Of a stretch of 64,000 nt of DNA, positions 16,957 to 27,200 are shown one piece after another. The number at the start of each line of letters is the position of its first letter. The first letter of the stretch is position 1. The DNA is taken from IMG/VR virus record IMGVR_UViG_3300010167_000013; one strand, 5' to 3'. Source of the stretch: a virus. Its lineage: Duplodnaviria > Caudoviricetes. The notes beneath the pieces were generated by a model. That model was not told the DNA's origin. It did not search any database and saw only the letters and a list, made by a program, of their open reading frames with translations. Position numbers and translations under genes: made by a program.

Positions 16957-19900
16957 GTGAATAGGGATTTATACTCGAATACAGAGTTTACCAAATTGAA
17001 GGAAGACTTGAATAAAGAAATAAAAAGACGGGCCACATTCAAGTGGTGGGACCCACTAGCTACTCCAAAGGTAGGACAGGATAGATCATCCCCATTATCG
17101 TTACCTGATATCGGAAAAAGAATGTTGGTAACAGATGAAACTTACACCATCAACAATTCTTCTGAGGGATCTATTGAATGTACTAGAAACATACACTATC
17201 CTGCTCATGGGGAGAATCCTTCTGGAGAGATACCAAATACCCCCTTGAATAACAAAGAAGGACAACTCAAGACTTCCGCTGCCAGATTAGATGCCGATGA
17301 GATAAAAAACTATCTGGTTGGATTGTCGAAGATAATGGACATAAATCTTTTCTATGGAAGAGATGAAGTTCCTGGCACTGCATTTCGTGATCCTATTGGA
17401 ATAGAGAATGCATTGAAAGCTGCTCAGAATAGCAAGCTGAATGCTCCACTTCATCAATCTGATATTGAACCAGCAAGAATAGATCCTAGCAAGGAAGATC
17501 TAACTGTTGTAACATATCATATTGATGGTGGGATATATGTAATGCCATCTGGAGAATACGATGGGGAGGAACTATTGAAGAAGATGGGTCCTGATGAAAC
17601 CAACTTCTTTGATGATCACGGAGCTAAGGTATATGATACCGGGAAGAAAACTCCTGATGGACAACCTATTTTGGTAAGTGATTCTAACTACAAGCCAATG
17701 AATCCGTTTGTATCTCCTCTTGTTAATAGAAACTGGAATGATCAACAGAATAGTCGTGAAGATCTTCCAACCAAAAGAGAAGAGGGTGGAGTTCCATCTA
17801 CTAGGTTTGGCCCTAATCCTAGAAATCCTCAGCAGGGAAATCAGTACAGACCTAGACCTGTATTCGGCGGAGTTCTTGGAGCATGTAATTCATCGTGCAC
17901 AGGATTATGTTTTAAGACATGTGATAATGAATGCAGTGAGAATTGCACTACAACGTGCTGGTCTAGATGTGGCAACGCTTGCACGTCAAGCTGCGGGAAT
18001 GTCTGTACCGGGTGCAACTCGATGTGCTATACCTCCTGTAAAACTAAATGCGAAAATAGCACGGGATATTCATGCCTGAATGTTGGAGCCAAGACAGTAA
18101 ACATAGTTCCTGTTGGTAGTGCTCACGGATCATCTGGTGCACCGGGATCAGCTACCTGGCCAAAAAACACAATATCATATACTACCTACAAATGTAATGG
18201 TTGCGCATATACATGTCAATTCTACCCGAATAAACGTACCACATGTTGGGATGCAGGTTGTCAGGAGTTATGTTTCACGTCATGCAGAACAGCATGTTCC
18301 ACAACATGCTTTGGAGGATGTATAGATAACGCTGCTCAGGATACTGGGAAGTACGGAACTGGAAAAGGCCGTGGATGTTCTAGTGGATGTACTGTCAACT
18401 GTGTAGGAGCTTGTCAAGGAGTATGCATAGGCGAATGCGTTCACACATGCTTCCATGCATGCAAGGCGTTATGCTACGATAACTGTTCGTGGAAATGTCA
18501 TACCAGCTGTGGATCCGGTTGTGCCAATGGATGTAAAAACGGATGTACTGGATGTCACTCAACATGCGCTGGTAGTTGTATTGGAGAAAACAATGCATCC
18601 ATATGTATTGGATGTGGAAAATCTGGTGGATGTACATCTACATGCCAACATGATTGCAATAAGAATTGTATCGGCTGGGGATGTAGATCAATATGTGGAA
18701 CAGAATCGGCTGGATCTTGTGAATCTAATTGTCGTCTGAGTTGTATGTCATCTTCATGCACTTCAATGTGTGGAAATGCTTGTGCGTCTCAATGTACAAC
18801 ATGTGTGAATAACTGTGGAGCTCAATGCGGGTGTTGTTCATCGATGTGTAGCACTGGATGTGAAGCTGCATGTAATATTACATGCACTGAAGAATGTCAG
18901 AATGCATGTACTACATATTGTTACATGTCATGCACTGAATCCTGTGGAAGTTGTTTCAAAGCAGGTACATTAATAGAAACTGAACTTGGACTTGTCCCCA
19001 TCGAGGAGGTTAAAGTAGGGGATATGGTTTTAACACAAAGCGGAAAATATCATAGAGTTTATAAAAATTTTGTAAGAGAAGCTAATGATATTATCTCTAT
19101 TAGAGCAGTAGGAACTCCAATAATTCATACCACAGAAGAACATCCGTTCTGGGTTAAGAAATATATTGGCTTAGGAAAAAAAGAAGGGAAACTTCAACAG
19201 TTGTATTCAGATCCAGAATGGGTGGAAGCTAGAGATCTTAAATCTCGTGATAAATTATCATTGTATACACCTCCAATTGGAAATATTGAAGTTGATCCTG
19301 GTATAGCTTATATGGTCGGAAGGTGGCTTGGAGACGGATGGAGAAGCGATGAAAAAAGCCATAATGGACAATATTATCCAAGGTTTAGTATTTGCTGTGG
19401 AAAACATGAAATAGATGATTTCGAACTTAAATTATATCAATCTAATATTGAATATACTAAATCTACTAAAGAGACATCAGATAATTATAGGATACCATCT
19501 ATGATTACCAGGGATAGGTATTGGTGTAATAATGATGAACTTATTTCAATCCTAAAAGAATGCGGAAAATATTCTTATGGTAAAAAAATAAGTAAAGAAA
19601 TTTACAATTGGAATATAAATTCATTGATGCATTTACTTCAAGGGTATTCTGATGCAGATGGACATTTCGATGAAGATCATTCATCAATTGTAATCTCAAC
19701 TGTAAGTAAAGAGCTTGCTCTTGGAGTATCAACTATTATGAGAATGATTGGAAGAAATCCATCATGCCATGTGAAAGAATATCCTACCGGCAAAATGTAT
19801 ATTGAAGGCCGTGAAGTTAACGTAAGAACTGTATACACTTTAAAAATGTTTACGGGAGAATATACCAGAAATTATTCTGAATATGATTATGATAATAATA

Positions 19901-20784
19901 CGACATGGTCTAGTGTTAGATTAGTAAATATTCCGGATGATTCATATACTGTATATAATTTATCAGTAGAAGACAATCCAACATTCTATGCTGATGGAGT
20001 TTTGGTTCATAATTGCTCGGATATGTGCTATTCATGTGTTGGAATGTGCATCGGTATTTGTTCGGTGAAATGTGAGAACGGATGTTCATCGTGTGATACC
20101 AACTGTGGATGGTGGTGCGACTCTACATGCAACAGACAATGTTTCAATAATTGTAGCGACAGATGCATCAGCACATGCAGTGGATCATGTAGTACTTACC
20201 TTGAAGCTAATACAACCACACCACTCTCTGGTCCAGAGAAACCACCAACATCAGAAGGATATCAAACACCAAATCCATCAGATAGAGAAGAAGAAAGAGA
20301 ATCATTCAAATTAATCTCCTCTGATGTAAAACCAAAACCACCAGTAACACCACCTGGTGAAAAAGATTACTTGGTCCATGTATTCGCTGATAAAGATAAC
20401 AACTTCCAAGTTGTATCTCCGTATGATGTGATAAAATGGATGATTCACTCAACAGTTTGCATCGGTGGAGTGTGGAGCATATACGAGGATACTGGAGAAG
20501 TATTTGCTGTAAGTGCTGCACTATCTGCAACACTGGTCCAAATGTATCCGAACATCGATGGTGGTAGAGGAATTATATTGATAACTCTGTTTGATAATCC
20601 TGAGTTCCCAATTAACCCATTCAAGGATATCTATGTTGAACTTCCAAGAAATCTTGAATACAAGATAATTCCAAACGTAGAAGGAGACATCATAATTCTA
20701 ATCCAGAGAGAATCCTTTGGACCATTCGAAACTGTCATTGACGAATACGGAAAGATGAGATTTATTCAAGGAATCAGGGAGTGA
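16957..20784 (+). CDS. Large Cys-rich CxxxC-repeat protein, putative radical SAM modification target, with one intein
   Basis: About 89 Cys (hand count), mostly in CxxxC/CxxC register. Probable GTG start at 16957 behind GGAGGT. Lies about 1 kb downstream of the maturase. Confidence 0.8.
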   Translation: MNRDLYSNTEFTKLKEDLNKEIKRRATFKWWDPLATPKVGQDRSSPLSLPDIGKRMLVTDETYTINNSSEGSIECTRNIHYPAHGENPSGEIPNTPLNNKEGQLKTSAARLDADEIKNYLVGLSKIMDINLFYGRDEVPGTAFRDPIGIENALKAAQNSKLNAPLHQSDIEPARIDPSKEDLTVVTYHIDGGIYVMPSGEYDGEELLKKMGPDETNFFDDHGAKVYDTGKKTPDGQPILVSDSNYKPMNPFVSPLVNRNWNDQQNSREDLPTKREEGGVPSTRFGPNPRNPQQGNQYRPRPVFGGVLGACNSSCTGLCFKTCDNECSENCTTTCWSRCGNACTSSCGNVCTGCNSMCYTSCKTKCENSTGYSCLNVGAKTVNIVPVGSAHGSSGAPGSATWPKNTISYTTYKCNGCAYTCQFYPNKRTTCWDAGCQELCFTSCRTACSTTCFGGCIDNAAQDTGKYGTGKGRGCSSGCTVNCVGACQGVCIGECVHTCFHACKALCYDNCSWKCHTSCGSGCANGCKNGCTGCHSTCAGSCIGENNASICIGCGKSGGCTSTCQHDCNKNCIGWGCRSICGTESAGSCESNCRLSCMSSSCTSMCGNACASQCTTCVNNCGAQCGCCSSMCSTGCEAACNITCTEECQNACTTYCYMSCTESCGSCFKAGTLIETELGLVPIEEVKVGDMVLTQSGKYHRVYKNFVREANDIISIRAVGTPIIHTTEEHPFWVKKYIGLGKKEGKLQQLYSDPEWVEARDLKSRDKLSLYTPPIGNIEVDPGIAYMVGRWLGDGWRSDEKSHNGQYYPRFSICCGKHEIDDFELKLYQSNIEYTKSTKETSDNYRIPSMITRDRYWCNNDELISILKECGKYSYGKKISKEIYNWNINSLMHLLQGYSDADGHFDEDHSSIVISTVSKELALGVSTIMRMIGRNPSCHVKEYPTGKMYIEGREVNVRTVYTLKMFTGEYTRNYSEYDYDNNTTWSSVRLVNIPDDSYTVYNLSVEDNPTFYADGVLVHNCSDMCYSCVGMCIGICSVKCENGCSSCDTNCGWWCDSTCNRQCFNNCSDRCISTCSGSCSTYLEANTTTPLSGPEKPPTSEGYQTPNPSDREEERESFKLISSDVKPKPPVTPPGEKDYLVHVFADKDNNFQVVSPYDVIKWMIHSTVCIGGVWSIYEDTGEVFAVSAALSATLVQMYPNIDGGRGIILITLFDNPEFPINPFKDIYVELPRNLEYKIIPNVEGDIIILIQRESFGPFETVIDEYGKMRFIQGIRE
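17884..20190 (+). repeat. CxxxC amino-acid repeat array, interrupted by an intein
   Basis: For example CNSSCTGLCFKTCDNECSENCTTTCWSRCGNAC and CSDMCYSCVGMCIGICSVKC. Confidence 0.9.
18952..20013 (+). mobile_element. Intein 4 (354 aa) with LAGLIDADG endonuclease
   Basis: Starts CFKAGT, block B TEEHPF, motifs VGRWLGDG and LQGYSDADG, ends VLVHN before Cys. Confidence 0.92.
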
Positions 20785-20788
20785 AACC

Positions 20789-21070
20789 ATGGGGAAAATA
20801 ACAAGTGTCTACTATCAGGAAATTGATCCAAAAATAGTAGACATTCAAACAGCTGGAGAATTTTATTACAATCACAATCTTCTAGATGTTCATGAGATGT
20901 TCCATGATGATTATGAGAGATCTGAAATAGAACAACTAAATCTACGCAACATACTTCTAGGAGAAGCCATCAAATGCGAGGATATACAAGGAAATGTCAA
21001 AGTTGACAGCAGTATACTTGCAATATCTTCACTGAAAAATAAAGTTGTATTAGTTGCTGAATTACGATAA
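20789..21070 (+). CDS. Hypothetical protein coupled to the Cys-rich gene
   Basis: Starts 4 nt after the upstream stop and is followed by a terminator. Confidence 0.6.
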   Translation: MGKITSVYYQEIDPKIVDIQTAGEFYYNHNLLDVHEMFHDDYERSEIEQLNLRNILLGEAIKCEDIQGNVKVDSSILAISSLKNKVVLVAELR

Positions 21071-21074
21071 AAAA

Positions 21075-21102
21075 GAAGAGGTGGGACATGTCCCACCTCT
21101 TC
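21075..21102. terminator. Perfect palindrome / terminator
   Basis: GAAGAGGTGGGACATGTCCCACCTCTTC. Confidence 0.65.
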
Positions 21103-21110
21103 ATCTATTA

Positions 21111-21391
21111 TCATATTGCTCGCATCATATTAAATTGAGACTGCCTCACCGTGTCTAGTGTACTGTTCATAAGTGCGAATATTTTACTGGCTATCGATCC
21201 TCATCGATACCATCCTTGAGAGCCTGCAGGATGTCCCAAGCTTCATGATCATACTCGTCTGCCAATCCTCCCCAGCACAATATCTCTAGAGGATCCCAAA
21301 TATCAATAATTTCTTTTACTTTTCTAAACATCGCTCTATCTCGTTCACTTGAGTTAGTCAACATTTCTTTCAATTTAGACATATTTTTCAC
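21111..21391 (-). pseudogene. DUF1871-like gene, probably frameshifted
   Basis: WDPL...DEYDHE motif. The ORF stops at 21191, but a one-base shift continues as IASKIFALMNSTLDTVRQSQFNMMRAI*. Early promoter motif at 21416-21424. Confidence 0.45.
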
Positions 21392-21446
21392 CTCACTGGA
21401 GCTTCAATCTAGTATATAATATATAATTACATTTATGAACTATACG

Positions 21447-21480
21447 TTACACAGTGGGAGCACGTGCTCCCACTGTGTAA
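21447..21480. terminator. Perfect palindrome / terminator
   Basis: TTACACAGTGGGAGCACGTGCTCCCACTGTGTAA. Confidence 0.7.
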
Positions 21481-21485
21481 TATTT

Positions 21486-21803
21486 CTATACCTCTTCTAT
21501 TATTTCAACTTTGTTCTTGTCTACTTCCCAGGAGTTGTAGTTCCAGACATACCTTCTGGAATTATATTTGGCTGGTACAAATTCTTTGGTGATCTTGAGC
21601 TTGATGGCTTCTATTTTTGATGTTATCGGAATGAGGCTACTTTCAGCCTGTTCATATTTCTCTGGATCATTTATTAGCTGTAATAATAGCCTTTCTCGAA
21701 TAACTTGCTTGGTTAGCAGCTCTGAAAGTTCTTGAGCTAACTCTTCAGGTATTTCAAAATAGTCGATTACCGTAGCAACTTTTTCTTTCATAAAATAATT
21801 CAC
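21486..21803 (-). CDS. Small helical protein, possible CXXX-repeat modification system accessory protein (TIGR04116-like)
   Basis: About 100 aa with the pattern IPEE...EL..L...EKYEQ...TSK...WEVD...V.II, near the Cys-rich gene. The resemblance is from memory only. Confidence 0.4.
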   Translation of the reverse strand: MNYFMKEKVATVIDYFEIPEELAQELSELLTKQVIRERLLLQLINDPEKYEQAESSLIPITSKIEAIKLKITKEFVPAKYNSRRYVWNYNSWEVDKNKVEIIEEV

Positions 21804-21811
21804 TCCTCAAT

Positions 21812-22768
21812 TTAGATTAACTTTATGAGTTCCTCATTTAGGAGTTTAATATTTTTTGTCTCGGTTGCTATGTCTGCTGCATTAATAGAGACCAGGTTAG
21901 TTCCCCTGAGTAAAGTGAATACCATGAATATCAAATATTCAACATTATCGATTGCTAGTATTGATATCGGAAAGTAGTAATTAATCCAACTGGACAAGAA
22001 AGTAGCCAGTGTCAACGAGTTCATTCTAGCTGAACCTGTCTTTACCAATTCCAACAGTCCTGTTACACTACTTGGATCTTTTTCATTGTACAATCTTTTT
22101 ACATCGTCTAATTTCATTTCATCTAATGATTTGACGTTGTCAGACGATAACTTGTCAATGTTATCTGGACTATCCTTGGATCCAAATATATTGAGTAGGA
22201 AGAATTTATTCACCCAGAATTGAATGGTGTCGAATGAAGTCTTGTCAGCAGCAAACTGGTACTCTTTATTCAGCACTCGAATAACAAACTTGGTATAGAC
22301 AGTCATCAATATCTTCTGAAGATATTGACTAGAAAGCAACGCCTCATAGTTTGTTTTCAGTTTGTTGGCTACAAGAGCTCCTACCAGTAGATCATGGAGA
22401 ACTGTGTATTGGATATTCAATACACCATCCTTGGTTAATCTCACATGATTATCGACAAATACATATGTTACCGTTTTACCCTGAGTTTGAAATGTAATGA
22501 ATGGAAGAGCAACAGATACACTGTTGGATTTAATCTGATTGTAGACCAGCGCTACCTGTCCTTCTTCGAAAGCTTTTACAGCAGCCCTGGATAGAGAATT
22601 TGGATACTGTCTGATCTGAATATATGCTCCTTCGATATCATCTACCGATAGGTGTTTTGCTGTTTTGATCAGGTTGATAGCTTTCTCTATTTGGTTACTT
22701 CCAGACATCTCATTCAAACCATTGAATACTTCACTCGTGGCAAGTGTTGATTCTGTTACAATTGCCAT
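21812..22768 (-). CDS. Hypothetical phage protein
   Basis: 318-aa ORF in an operon; no recognised motif. Confidence 0.7.
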   Translation of the reverse strand: MAIVTESTLATSEVFNGLNEMSGSNQIEKAINLIKTAKHLSVDDIEGAYIQIRQYPNSLSRAAVKAFEEGQVALVYNQIKSNSVSVALPFITFQTQGKTVTYVFVDNHVRLTKDGVLNIQYTVLHDLLVGALVANKLKTNYEALLSSQYLQKILMTVYTKFVIRVLNKEYQFAADKTSFDTIQFWVNKFFLLNIFGSKDSPDNIDKLSSDNVKSLDEMKLDDVKRLYNEKDPSSVTGLLELVKTGSARMNSLTLATFLSSWINYYFPISILAIDNVEYLIFMVFTLLRGTNLVSINAADIATETKNIKLLNEELIKLI

Positions 22769-22772
22769 GGGA

Positions 22773-23006
22773 TCACCCCTCTATTTCTTCCTCTTCTTCC
22801 TCCTCTATTTCTTCCTCTTCTTTGGAGGCATAAACGAGGGTAGCTCCTCTGTGATGCTGATTCCTTTTTTCTTTGTTGGGCACTATGGTGTATCTGCCGC
22901 CAACAACTGTTTTCTCTTCACCATTCTCGTCGACCCAATCACTTATTCCCTCAGCTAATGTAGCAAAACGTCCAAACTTCTTTTCTCCAACAACAGCTTT
23001 TCCCAT
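22773..23006 (-). CDS. Small protein with acidic tail
   Basis: RBS GGAG. A GACC-N6-TA motif lies at 23038-23049. Confidence 0.55.
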   Translation of the reverse strand: MGKAVVGEKKFGRFATLAEGISDWVDENGEEKTVVGGRYTIVPNKEKRNQHHRGATLVYASKEEEEIEEEEEEEIEG

Positions 23007-23064
23007 TGATTGTCACTCCTTAAAAGTATTTTTTGATTATTCTTTGGTCAATACTGGTAGGAGC

Positions 23065-23247
23065 CTATTTTCTATTTTGAGAATAGATAACCATTACAGT
23101 ATCAACATCTTTCTCTTTGATATGATACCATTTGATGTCAACTATCTGGAATGAATAATCGTGATGAATTCCAAGACTTTGCAGCCATTGGTTCACATCT
23201 CGTTCAATCAGTGTAGCTTCATTCCTCAGGATCTTTATTTGTACCAT
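23065..23247 (-). CDS. Small hypothetical protein
   Basis: RBS GGAGG. IERDVNQWL...IVDIKW pattern. Confidence 0.55.
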   Translation of the reverse strand: MVQIKILRNEATLIERDVNQWLQSLGIHHDYSFQIVDIKWYHIKEKDVDTVMVIYSQNRK

Positions 23248-23258
23248 TGGGGTTCCTC

Positions 23259-24155
23259 CTATGCAACCAATGGTGGTTTATCGAGAAGCAGTGAGTATTT
23301 CATCACATTGTACAAAGAGTGAAGTTCTAGTTCTTCAAGTAGGTCATATAACTCCTTCACGTACCTACCGGTGTTCTCAATCATTGATGAGCTGAACTCA
23401 ATCTTGGTATAGTCAGTAACGATAGTAACCAACTCTCTTGTGAGATTTAGATTATCATATCCAGTTTTGAGACATTCTCTCAACGATGGTTTGATTGAAT
23501 TGAGATGACTGTAGATGTTTTCGATTGAGTTGTACTCATGAAGAAGCTTCAATGCTGTAGCTTCTCCGACTCCGTTTACACCAGGGATGTTATCCGATCT
23601 ATCCCCCTGTAGAACTTTTAATTCTATCCACTGAGATGGCGTAAGATTATACCTGTCATGTAACCATCCACGATCGATAAGTTCTTTTCCTCTTGGGGAG
23701 AATATGTAAACATTGTCGTCGATTAGTTGATATAAATCTTTGTCGGACGATGCTATTATCATATCCATATCATTCTCTTGAGTATACCTTGATATCATTC
23801 CAAGTATATCATCCGCCTCGTATAGTTCATTATTAATAAACGGATAGCCGAGCAACGCGGCTATCTGAGAGGCGTATCTAAGCTGGGTTATCACATCTGG
23901 ATCAGCAGGTTTTCGTTGTGCCTTGTAGGGTTTGTATAGTTTCCTACGAAATGTTTTATCTCTACCTATATCATTCGCCATGATAATATAATCAGGTTCC
24001 AGTGAATCTTTTAGTGATTTTAGCTTGAAGAAGAACTGACGTATTGCATTTACATTTATTCCATTTGAGTTCACTAATTTATCTCCGTAATATGAGTTGA
24101 ATAGGATATTATTAAAATCAATACCAAGAACTAGTTTCCTCAACAATATATCCAC
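23259..24155 (-). CDS. 5'-3' exonuclease / flap endonuclease (T4 RNase H or PolA N-terminal family)
   Basis: Motifs IDFNN, FRRKLYKPYKAQR, YEADDILG, SSDKDLYQL, GDRSDNIPGVNGVGEATA. Confidence 0.92.
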   Translation of the reverse strand: MDILLRKLVLGIDFNNILFNSYYGDKLVNSNGINVNAIRQFFFKLKSLKDSLEPDYIIMANDIGRDKTFRRKLYKPYKAQRKPADPDVITQLRYASQIAALLGYPFINNELYEADDILGMISRYTQENDMDMIIASSDKDLYQLIDDNVYIFSPRGKELIDRGWLHDRYNLTPSQWIELKVLQGDRSDNIPGVNGVGEATALKLLHEYNSIENIYSHLNSIKPSLRECLKTGYDNLNLTRELVTIVTDYTKIEFSSSMIENTGRYVKELYDLLEELELHSLYNVMKYSLLLDKPPLVA

Positions 24156-24217
24156 TTCCTCTAGAATGTTATTTTTAAATATACATAACTTATTGTAGCA
24201 CGATTTAGGATATATAA

Positions 24218-24244
24218 TTGGGTGAGGATATTATCCTCACCCAA
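24218..24244. terminator. Inverted repeat / terminator
   Basis: TTGGGTGAGGATA-T-TATCCTCACCCAA. Confidence 0.65.
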
Positions 24245-24255
24245 CATAAATTCGC

Positions 24256-27200
24256 TTAGCTGAGAGAGTCTTTCCACATTACCACTTTATTTGGATCTGG
24301 TGCAATTCCTTTATCGAACGATACCATAGTAGATACATCGATATCTCCAGGAGTACCAGGAGTCCATCCTCCACCTTCTCCAGGAGTCATATACTCTGCT
24401 ATCATTTGCATGATAGTTTCTCTGACCCATTTGGTATCTGGAATCTGCCTATTGTCTGCCATTGGACTAGGTCTTACACTGACAGTTGGAGTTCCATGCA
24501 AGTTAAGATTATGAACCAACTTCTCAGAAGTTATCGTGTCATTGGCAATGAAGTCTCCAGTGACCATCAGATACTCTGGGGGAGCATTTGGTTTAGTGGC
24601 ACCTAGTACTCGATATGAATAGTTACTCCTGAACAGTTTATCCTTGGTGACTGCAAGATCTTCTATCATATCAGTTGTAACCTGCAGCCAATCTGGATCA
24701 ACATCCAACACTGATGTTACAGCCAATACTCTGTTTGGCACCGTAGATGTGAATAACTCTGTGCCGCCAACAGCTCTTGGGGCAATATTATTTGACCTAA
24801 TAGTCCAGTCCATTATGTGGTTATGATGAACCGTCTTATCCTGCAAATGTTCGGCCCATACAGATCCTTCTTTGAGCTGAAGTCTATCTATAGTTCTGGT
24901 CTGTATCATTTCTCCAGTTACTTGCAACCATGCTGGATCTGTTCCAAACAATGGATTTACAGCAAGCACCCTATATGGGAATGAAGAAGTAAACATGTTA
25001 GTCCCATTTACCGCTCTACTGGCTATCATACTACTAGTGACCTGAGTCCAAGTAGGATCAGTATTGGATCCAACAACAGCCATTACCCTATTTGCTGTAG
25101 ATGAACTTTGTAATTTATTTGCTGGGATGGAACGATTTTCAATATGATTTCCAGCAATGATATTATCTAGAAGCATTTGTTTATTGATCCTGGTGTAGAT
25201 CGGATTACCATCATCTTCTACGGCAGCAAGAACTCTATTTCCATCCTTTGACTTCCACATCTTAGCAGAAGTAACTGCATCATTTACTATGTTATTTGTT
25301 TGAACGATGTTATTCGTGAGGTGTCTAGATAGAATAGCTCCATCTGATATCTTGTCTGCAGTAACACTCAAATCCGTCAGATGGGGTGTGTTTACAGAAT
25401 TAAGACCCATCATCGAAGTGTTTACTGTACCCCAAGCAGGATCACCATTTGCAGTGTAGACGCCAAGTATTCTGTTTGGAGTAGGTGATGTGAATAGAGC
25501 TTTCCCATCTACAGACCTTGGAGCAATATTCTCTGCGCTTATCTCAATAGCATCAAGCTGATCTTTCACCCACTTAGTATCGGGTATTTGGTTATTGCTA
25601 GAGACGGATGCAGGCCTGATACCTATCTTGGGGGTTCCTGGCAGAAGTATATCATCTTCAATTTTCACACTTGTTACACTCTTCGTTGCCAGCTTATCTG
25701 CGCTAATAGCTAACGGGGCTATCTTAATCCCAGTAACAGACAGATCGTTCATCTTATCGGTTGTCACAGATAGATCTTCTAGTTTCCCAGTTGTCACATT
25801 GAGATCCATGATATTATTAGTTCTCACAGCACCATGTGAAATCATGTCACTATTGACTTGCATCCAGATGGGATCTGATCCTACTGCATTTACTCCAAGC
25901 ACTCTATTCGCAACAGAAGATGAGAATAACTTTTTCCCAGTAACTGCTCTGTCGGCTAGCTTAGTGGTAGTTACAGATAGCCCTTCTAGCTTCTCAGTAG
26001 TAATACTATCGTCTGCCAATTTAATTGTAGTGATAGATAGATCTTTGATCTTGGTTGTGGTAACAGAATTAGTAGCAAGTATTCGTTCAATAACTGCACC
26101 GCTAGAAATAAGATCTTCCGTGATACTTCCAGAATTAATTGTGGCACTGATGATCTGCTCTCCAGTGATTTGATCCCCGTCTACCACAAGAGTGATATTT
26201 GTTTCCACACTACCCAAGTATCTGATGAATAAATCCTTCAGATCAACTCTCTGGTCACTACCGCTGAGTTTAGTCAATACAAACTCTTTGGTCATACTAT
26301 CATAGTGAGCGTCATATATTAATCCATTGATTGGAATGAATAACGTGATAATACTTCCATCCTTCAAGTCAAGTGTTAGATTACCAGACGTTTGATTGTA
26401 GGATGCACCAACAACAAAATTAGTGTCACCTAGATCAGTACTAATGTTGTTGATAATCGAATTGACTATATCTAACGCTGCTTGAGTTTTATCTGATATT
26501 GGCTTGTCTAAATCGGATGTGTTGTCAACATTACCTAATCCAACCTGAACCTTCGACACTTGATGAGGGTTATCATAATTATCTGTGTGAAATTCAAATG
26601 CATCACTACTGACACCATTCAGCTGTGATAGAGTTACTGCATGTGGATTATCAAAATTACTGAGATGATTGCCAAGTTTTGTTGATGTGATAATCAGGTC
26701 ACCTTGGACATCACTTTCTAAATTATCTATTCTATCCGTGATGATATCGATAGCCTCTGTAGTAGCTTTCTGTGTCATGAAACCATCATCATTCAGTCCA
26801 AGATCCTGATAAGTCTCTGGACGTCCGACAATATCTACCCATCTTATCTTCATTCCAGAATCCGGATCGATGCTTCCATCCTCGTCTATTATCCCAAGCT
26901 TGACTAGTAATTCTCCAATAGCTTTTTCAGTTGGAATTTTGGAATGACTTTGAGATGAAGGATCGGATGGAATACTTTTACTGATCTGGATAGCCCCAAC
27001 AGCACCTGGGCTTCCGGCAAATGTCATCAGATAGTTAGCAGGTTTTGCTGCAAATATCGGTTGTTTTATTTCTAACTCTTTGTGGATATGATCAAGGATT
27101 TCTTCCAGAGTTATAGAGTCTTCCTTGTTCATTTCAGCTCTAACCGCTTTGAACACAGTAATAGGAAATGTTTCCTTGAAGTTTAGATTTGGAGGAGGTG

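Noticed and set aside
17708-18761. Overlapping alternative-frame ORFs within the Cys-rich gene
   Set aside because: They are shadows of the TGT/TGC periodicity (His/Val/Met-rich) with no RBS.
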